The notes under the pieces were generated by a model. It ran no database searches, had not been told where the DNA came from, and saw only the letters and a program-made list of their open reading frames with translations. A stretch of 63,764 bases of DNA, the filler included, from Paramecium tetraurelia (lineage: Eukaryota), in NCBI GenBank assembly GCA_000165425.1. It is 8 parts of 6 records of this genome, joined end to end, with 100 filler letters (N's around TTAATTAATTAA, not from the genome) between each part and the next. Parts side by side here need not be neighbours in the genome. Positions count along the whole stretch, not along the records: positions 53,282 to 56,574 come from CT868118.1; positions 56,675 to 60,570 come from CT868118.1; positions 60,671 to 62,020 come from CT868118.1; positions 62,121 to 63,764 come from CT868120.1; 4 more parts are not named here. One strand, 5' to 3'. Shown one piece after another: positions 55,641 through 63,764 of this stretch. A program made the position numbers and the translations under genes. How positions within the stretch are numbered: position 1 is the first letter of the stretch; each line of letters starts with the position of its first letter.

Positions 55641-57569
55641 ACAGTATTTCTAGTACAATCTTAGGAGATGAATTACACCTCCTTAAAGGCAATAAGAATG
55701 TTGACAGATTAGTACTTCTCATTAATTATGAGTCATTTTGTAGTATCTCAAATCCAAAAAATTATATAAAATAAGTAGTAAAAAGGGTAATTTCACAATC
55801 AATATACCAATTTAACTTTAACAAATTATATTAATATATAGTTTTTATACCGAGGAGTTGAAAATGATTAACAATAATCTAGCACGTCTACATAACATCA
55901 ATTAGATATATGAATAGTTGGCTTCACAAGATAGTTATTCGCGCCAATATCACTATTATCATAGAGAGATTATGAATATTGATCAAGATTGCCGGGTATT
56001 GCTAGAAGAGGCAGCAAAATTTTGAAACTTAGTAGCCAACAACATTAATATAAGACAAAGTGTTATTGTAATTGATTTGAAGGTACATACACCACTTCAT
56101 TCACTTAAGTCTTATACAGTTAAAATAAGAAGTTATACAATGTATCTATTTCATAAAAATATTAATAATCAACCAATGTAGTAAATATTTTGACAATTTA
56201 TATGATGGTGATCTAAATTTATGGAAGATGAATTAGTACAGCATTAGAAAAAAAATGGTATTGATATTTTAATTTCGAAATCTTGTTGATTGTGAGAGTG
56301 GTGAGAGTGTTGTTAATATTTTGTTTTGTATTTATTCTATATCCATTCAAAAATTAGGTTATGCACAAGTTTATGTGGGTTGTCACGAACAAATTAACAT
56401 CTACAATATTAAATTACTTCTTCATTAAAAACGCTAGAGAATTTTCGGGTTTCTAGTATAATACATCAAAATAAAGTAATAGAAAATCAATATAATTTAA
56501 AAAGAAAATGTACTCCTAGAATGAGTAAGTTGGAGATTTGTATGATCGTATAATCCTATCTAAAGATGTTGATGNNNNNNNNNNNNNNNNNNNNNNNNNN
56601 NNNNNNNNNNNNNNNNNNTTAATTAATTAANNNNNNNNNNNNNNNNNNNNNNNNNNNNNNNNNNNNNNNNNNNNCGTTTTGACACTATTAATATTATATC
56701 TGTCTGAAGCTTAACGCTATCTTCAAATAGCAAATCTGTAATTTATCAAGATTTGATAATACTCAACGAGTATTCAAAATTATATGTTTAGAATATTTTA
56801 TTTATATATAATGTTTTTCAATAAGTATTGTATTTATTAAAGTATGTTAAATTTAATTAGAGAATTATTCGTTATTTTATACTATCCATTTATTTTTGGA
56901 TTTTTAAATTATTACAAATAGAATTTGACAATTAGGATTATGATACACTTTAGGGATGAACCTAAAGTAAAGGCCAAATGAAATTAAAGTTATTTTAAGG
57001 AAGGAGATAGAAAATTAATTTATAAATGAGTAGATCAAAATTGAAAAATTTCTTATTTTGGTGAATTATTTTAATTGCATATTCTTGAAATTTAGGAGAA
57101 AACTCTTTAAATATCGAAACCCAAATCGCACTCTATCTATCTTCACAATTTATTAAGCATATTCAACCTAGGTGTTAAGGCATGATTGAAATTGAGACCA
57201 ACTATTCAATATAAATGCTTTTATACTATTTAATAAAATTGACTAAAATAATAATAAATTTTTAAGGGCTATGGAATGCTACTGCATAGGCTTTATACTA
57301 AAAAGTTTAGATTAGAAAACCAATATGACCAAAGAAAATTAAAATAGGATAACTTTTAGTTTGAAATGAATTAATCTAATTCAAAATAATTTAAATTCAT
57401 CTTTTTTGAACATGATGAATTACAGAATTTAAAATGTTGTAAAAAGGTAAAGAATTTTAAGATGCTAAAAAATTTGATCAAAATTAATTCTTTGTTAAAT
57501 TAATTTAATTTGATCATCATCTAAGATAAATTCGATTCAACAAATTTCAATTAAGTGGTTGTTTCTTTC

Positions 57570-58255
57570 TGAAAATCTAAAGTGACAAAGTTCTAAAATT
57601 ATAGTCTGTATGTCTTCATACCAAAACCAACTTTGTAAATCTGCACATAATGAAGACTTTCTTAATGATGCCTGTTAATGGTTAGTACATTCAAATTTAG
57701 ATAGTCTATTAGTTCAAGATAGATAATCCTTGTTCAAACTAATCTATTAATGTTCACTCATACTTCAAAGTCAATTCCCCTCTCCCTCTATTATTTACAA
57801 ATCAACTAAGTCAACAAGTGTCAAACTGTTGCTACAGAATTTTATATATTGTGTTGCGTCAAACATAAATTGTTGCTACTGTGGCACACACATACTTTAA
57901 CTAAATATCCTCATAAGTGTACAACATAATTAGGCTGACAACGCTTACATATGATGCATACTTAGATTTAGTCTTAATGGAGGTTCACTTTGTTGTTCCA
58001 CCTTTGTCTTGATTTATTTAGCTCAATTTTGACCTGAACTCAAACCTTCATAATCCCAATTAATTTTATATCCATGAGTACCTTATCATACTCATGCTAT
58101 GTATCTGAATATGAATGCTCTAAGAACTGGAAATCATATTCCTATAGATTATTTGCCGATTCTCGAATAGAGGCAACTGTTCATCAATCTGTGATATGTC
58201 CTGTAAACCATATACACATACTGGATATGATAGAAGTCTTCCGATCTACTCACAT
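57570..58255 (-). pseudogene. Highly decayed WD40 gene, RACK1-like
   Basis: Collinear fragments EDFYHIQYV..(Q/T)GHITD*, RQRWNN, NLHQDQI, QPNYVV..LVKV, VNINRLV, FECTN, with many TGAs and frameshifts. Confidence 0.35.
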
Positions 58256-59559
58256 GCTTATTGAATTCAATCTTCATATATTTACTAAAAGGTATACTAA
58301 TAACTTGTACACGAGGAGGTTAAAGTCCAAATACTTGTTTAAGTTGTTCATGCTTCTGCAATTTGTTAATCTTGATCATTCCCTTTTGTCAAGATGCCTA
58401 TTTATAAAATATATAGGCAAGAATTTTTCTTAAAAGCCTTTTAAATGTTGTTTTGATGCTTACCTGTAAGCTTAAAAAGCTTACAATTCATCTTTAATAT
58501 TGATTTATATTTTGTTATTGTTTAAGTGCGGAGGTGGCAATCATATTGAAGTTGTTCTATAGGAACTTGTAAAGATGATTTTGAAGCCTTTATTTAAAGT
58601 TCTCCAAATTTCTTCAAATATAATTTTTGAGATTGATTTATCAAACTTTAAAGATTCAGATTCCTCAACTTGTTCTTGAGTACTAAAATGAGATGCGGTC
58701 GTAGCCTTCTGTCACGGTTCCATGATGATTATGGGCAACCCCCTCNNNNNNNNNNNNNNNNNNNNNNNNNNNNNNNNNNNNNNNNNNNNNNNNNNNNNNN
58801 NNNNNNNNNNNNNNNNNNNNNNNNNNNNNNNNNNNNNNNNNNNNNNNNNNNNNNNNNNNNNNNNNNNNNNNNNNNNNNNNNNNNNNNNNNNNNNNTAGTG
58901 TTGTTTTCAATAAAGTGCAATTCTCCATATATTTATAATTATTGAACTTCTTCATCTTAGTGTTTTTTTGCATAACTGATGGCTACACTGACTGTATTGT
59001 TCTTCAACAGGAGTATGGTGTGGGAATATTCAATAAGAAGACAAAAATTATTATTTGAAAATTACTAAACTTAATTAGATATAATAGTTCTACTTTTTCT
59101 ATATAAGATAATAGAGGATTTCAATTTCATCCTTTCTCTCTTAATTTAAAGAAAATACTAAAAAAAGTCAGAAAATTATTTCCTATTTTGTTTGACTAAA
59201 ATTTGGAATTTAACGCATTTAGAAATTGAAATGAATATAATTCTTAAATTAATTAAGCGAAATTTTGATTATAGGTAGTTCAAAATATTTATTAATGTAA
59301 ATCTCTTTAAAAAATTGTATATTTTCTATATATTAATGTAATCGGGTGATAGCTCTAGTTAATTGGTAATTAATTTGCCTCTTTTCATTTAATAATATCA
59401 CCAAACATCCATATTCAGTAGACAATTATACAATATGATAAATTATAATAGTAAACAATTAAGTATTAATATTTTTTATTGAACAAAATATGGATCAGCG
59501 TTTGAATTATTTAATGTAGTAAAATCATACTATTATAGTTTGTCTGTTTTTTAGTAACT

Positions 59560-60570
59560 AAAGTTTGAGATTCCAAACCAAAGAAGGCTTAATCACTTTA
59601 AAAAAATATTAATTGCGATCAAATGTTTTCCCCCTAAAACCTGAGTTTCATCCAAAATCTACATTCTTCAATTACTACCATTAGGTAGTTTTTCTACGAA
59701 ATACTAAGAAAACCTTTTTCTGATTTTTGGAGAATACAACCTGATTAAAGGGATGCTTGAACCCCATCTTTAAATTCATTTGAAGTCGTTTCAGCATTTC
59801 ATATTCATAAACGAATATTATTTTTACGAGATTTATCTGCTTCTTGAAATCTTTTGTTATTTTATGAAATTATTAAGCTGTAATGAGTTTCCATCGTGTG
59901 AAATGAATGTCCTTGCCTTTGTATTCTTTTCAACAAGTGAAGTTTCTAGTAACCTCAAGAAGATATTTTTGTATGGCCAGATATTAGCATTTATTCCAAC
60001 TTCTTATCCATTCAAGTCTTTTAATAAAATAAAAATTCCCATAAGAGAGTATGATCTCCTTCATGAATTCTATGACTAATTTTTGATGCAAGTAGAGATA
60101 TTTTAATGATTTAATAAATTTTGTCTTTCGTTGATTATTGAAGGAATTAAATTAATCTAAGTATTTTATAAATTAAAATTAATAGAATTATCTTAGCATA
60201 TATGCAAAGTAGATATGCATTAACTGTTCTCAATTCTTTACATTCCTTGATTACTGAAAAATAAAAGTTTGATTTGAACAAACATCTTCAATGGTTCATT
60301 AGGATCTTAAACCGTAAATATTGGAGCCATCTAGCGACACAATACAAATCATGAAACAATTTTTTAATCAAATACATCAAGATAAGTACCCTGAAATTAT
60401 AAAATAATAAAATTATTTCTTATTCAAGGTTTCAAATAAGTTATGGCCTTTTCAATCATTAAAATTGACTTCTTTCATAATATCAACTGCAAAGGATTTC
60501 AATTAGGCAAAAAATAAATAAATCAGCCTCAATTTTAATATACAAAGAACTCTCATAAACTTTAATCAGA
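59560..60570 (-). pseudogene. Decayed coding-like sequence, probably a WD40-family relic
   Basis: Fragments such as ISHDGNSL, NNIRL* and SLVWNL in different frames, with frequent TGA stops. Confidence 0.25.
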
Positions 60571-61129
60571 NNNNNNNNNNNNNNNNNNNNNNNNNNNNNN
60601 NNNNNNNNNNNNNNTTAATTAATTAANNNNNNNNNNNNNNNNNNNNNNNNNNNNNNNNNNNNNNNNNNNNATATAAGGATAATAGTTGGTAGAGGGACTT
60701 TTAGTAAATGAAATCTAGTAGTATAAATTATTATAAATACTATCGTAGTTTGGATAGCATTTGTAAAGGGAATAAATACTAAAATTTAGCTGGCTTAAAC
60801 AGATCATTTAAGGTTTATAGAACATTTAGAATTGTGATCTTAGTAAAGTTGATTTTGGATTCTTTATCGAAATATTTGTAAATTTCTAGAAATGGTTTTC
60901 TTAATTTTTCGTTTCCCTTTCTTTTATTTTCTAAGTGGGGATTGTGCATTCTTGTGGCTTTATTTCCCTAAAGGATTCATTGAGATTTTTCAAATTCGTA
61001 ATTTTGCTTAAATATATTTTTACGATGGTAAATACAGTTTGATACAAGATAAATTGAGAGGTACTGTAATTGGTTTAGTCAACAATTACTGATTCTTTGC
61101 TTCAATCAAAATATAACTAATATATCATA

Positions 61130-61642
61130 ATGTCAATATTTAAAAAATAAATTGTTTCAGTGTTAAATTCCAAAAATGATTCACCAAATTTAAATAGATG
61201 TGTTAATCTTGATCGAAGAGAAAAAGCGGCTCATTTTATTCAGAAAGAGGCATAGTTATTTTTAAATAAAATTTTACTAGGGCTCTAATATAAAACTAAG
61301 TATTAAAAAGAAAAAAATCTACTTAACAAGATTACTTACTCTTTCTATGAGAAAATTTCGAATAAATATTATCTTGAAAGATCATAGGATTGATTAAAGA
61401 GAGTTTCTATATATATTTTGGTTATAGATCAAAAGAATACTCTGAATTTAATCTACTTTTCTAAAAATTTTGCAAAAATGACTTTTATAAAGACTCTAAA
61501 TTTATATAATTCATTTATTAGAATCTATTAGATGAAAAGAAAAACTGATATAGTTGCTTTCTTTGATGCTTTTGTTAGAGATTAAGCTAAAGGTAGAATA
61601 ACTTTTGATTTGTATCCCATAATCATGAATCTGATTTCATGA
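61130..61642 (+). pseudogene. Hypothetical ORF interrupted by a single in-frame TGA
   Basis: ATG 61130 MSIFKKQIVSVL... is open to a TGA near 61391, and the same frame continues to a TGA near 61640. Confidence 0.3.
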
Positions 61643-62207
61643 ATATGAAAATTAAAGATATAAGGAGTTAATAATATATCTAAATAAGTAGAGGAAAATT
61701 CAGCAAAATTAAATTACATTAAGATTCTAATTAATTACTATTAATAATATAATATTTACATTAAATATTATGATTTAGTTTTATAATTCAATAAATATTT
61801 CTTTTTTAACTATTAAGAATGAGTTTTTATAAAATGATGAAATAGATATTATGTATCCTAACTAAAGAAATGTTAGATTATAACCTATAAATCATATTTT
61901 CTATTTAATAATGGCTCACTAATAAAATATAGAGAATTGAGTTAGTTGATTCGACTTATATCTATTACCATCCTTAAAAGAAGTAAATATGTATGTTTTA
62001 CTCTCTTTAATCAAGAGATTNNNNNNNNNNNNNNNNNNNNNNNNNNNNNNNNNNNNNNNNNNNNTTAATTAATTAANNNNNNNNNNNNNNNNNNNNNNNN
62101 NNNNNNNNNNNNNNNNNNNNTTGAGTGCAGTACAGATGTTTGGCGTACGGCCCATAGGGACTTGGAAATTTTTTTTTTTTGGAATTTTTTTTTACAATCG
62201 CACAATT

Positions 62208-62243
62208 TTTTTTATGACTACAGGGGGCTTTCGTCATAAAAAA
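62208..62243. repeat. Perfect 11-bp inverted repeat (TTTTTTATGAC / GTCATAAAAAA) with a 14-nt loop inside a GC-rich island
   Basis: Arms at 62208-62218 and 62233-62243, loop TACAGGGGGCTTTC. Confidence 0.85.
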
Positions 62244-63764
62244 TAATCGCGCGGGGTTAGAGACAGTCGTTTTCTGGAATTTCCATCATCCGGCTATAAA
62301 AGGCAAACCCAAACCCAATTTATAATTTGCAGTAAAAAGCAAAATTTCCGTTATAGACAATTGAATGATACGATAAGGGAAAGAGATTAACACATTATGC
62401 TTCTAAAATCATGATTTAATAGTTGATTTGTCAATTTCAATTAAATTGCCTTCCGATAAAGACGTCTTCTTTGTTATATTAGACTACCTCTTATCAAAGA
62501 GCAATTATTAATTCAAAATATTCAGACTATTCTGTATTACTCATCTAAGAGCACAAGCAATTTTTTATGAACAATTAATGCAAGAATACTACATGGTTGA
62601 CATACATAGAATATTATTATGCATAGTTAATAAGTTCGATCATTAAAGTTGAGCATTTTTGAAGCATCATATTATTATCCCGTGCACAAATTGCACATCT
62701 ACATAATACTTGAATAAGAATAATAATAACATTTGAACCTTTATGACAAAATAGGTGTATCTGTATGCAGTATAGGTTAAAATACACTTCGATACAGTGA
62801 TATAAAACATACAGTTTTTGCAGTTAAAGAATAATTTTGGGATAAGTGATTTCATTTTAAGTTGATCGATCCTGCAATCACATATATGTCTCTTAAGCTA
62901 ATTATTTTGGATATTTGTAAAACTACCTTATGTAAGATGGTTGTTTTTTTTTACTGGTTTAGCTCCTTATGTACTTTAAAATGGTTGACCTTGTACCTTA
63001 ACTACAATAAAATATGCAAGTTCCATTATCATAATCGCAATTTAGAGAAGGAGGTGAGTAAAAAATTATTGAAATTAAACCGTATATTAGATCCATTTGG
63101 AAGCTTGAGCTTTTGTGCCTCGTTTTGCTCCTGAAATGAAATAATAGCCTACTTAAATTATTTGAGTCTAAAGGAAAAAAATTTCCCAAATATGTGGTAT
63201 AAAGAAAATAGATTTAAAACCTAGAACTGATATATGAACAGCGCATTTCAATCCTGCCATGTAAAAACATGACTTGTAGCAAAAATTAATGAAGCTCATG
63301 ATGAAACATAATCATCACCTAATACACTAGTGACAGCAAACTTTTCTTAAAAGAAGAATTGCAATTATTAACTGTAACAATAGGGCTGATAGGGTGTTTA
63401 GCTACTCATGCATCATTATGAATTTACTGGTGACATTTTCCCAGGTTTCAATTCATCAGTAAGAATAGAAGATACGAGGATAAAACAACTAATCGCAGTA
63501 CTACATGAGCTACAATTATAAATTAATGCTCAACCGTATATGGTGGGTATTATCAATATTTAGCACAAGCATATGGTAGGTAGCATAGGATAATATATTC
63601 AAGAATGTGAGAAATCAATTAACTTCAGCGTGCATCACATCCCTCTCCAAGATAGTTGCCTGTGACTGTTGTACCTCATTACTATTAATCACAAAGAGAT
63701 TATTACCGTAAATTATTGGAGTAAACAACTTTACAGATATGAGTATCTGATTATATGTCATTTG

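Noticed and set aside
58074..58433. 119-aa standard-code ORF suggesting a foreign gene
   Set aside because: No motif; it lies antisense to the decayed WD40-like relic and is probably a chance ORF.
39347..58973. ORFs in the track containing long X runs
   Set aside because: Artefacts of translating through N gaps.
17535..62120. Seven copies of palindromic TTAATTAATTAA as a biological repeat or piggyBac TTAA sites
   Set aside because: Always centred in exactly 44+44 Ns, so it is an assembly spacer. Neighbourhood across these joins is not evidence of linkage.
1..63764. tRNA, rRNA, CRISPR arrays, intact transposase or reverse transcriptase, true telomere tract
   Set aside because: None recognised by eye; only about 2.5 telomere-like hexamers at 62304-62318.

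Overview
AT-rich ciliate DNA, almost certainly Paramecium (macronuclear-type, very compact). It uses genetic code 6 (TAA/TAG = Gln, TGA = stop) and 21-29 nt GT..AG introns, so the supplied standard-code ORF track is largely misleading. The window is a fragmented assembly: seven joins carry an artificial N44-TTAATTAATTAA-N44 spacer and four are plain N gaps. 1-17.5 kb is gene-dense: a LamG-like/Pro-Glu-rich protein, a type I membrane protein with a ZP-like C-terminal layout, a protein with four tandem SP-RING-like domains, a MUL1/SP1-like GIDE-RING E3 ligase, a CELF/Bruno-like RRM protein and hypotheticals. 17.6-51.6 kb holds large Cys-rich surface proteins: a CGDG/furin-repeat protein, two head-to-tail G/A-type immobilization-antigen paralogs with a hypervariable centre, a LamG+furin protein and a furin-REJ-GPS-multiTM polycystin-1-like gene. 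52-63.8 kb is mostly decayed sequence (WD40/RACK1-like relics) plus an unexplained GC-rich hairpin island. All calls come from manual translation and recalled family motifs; no database search was run.
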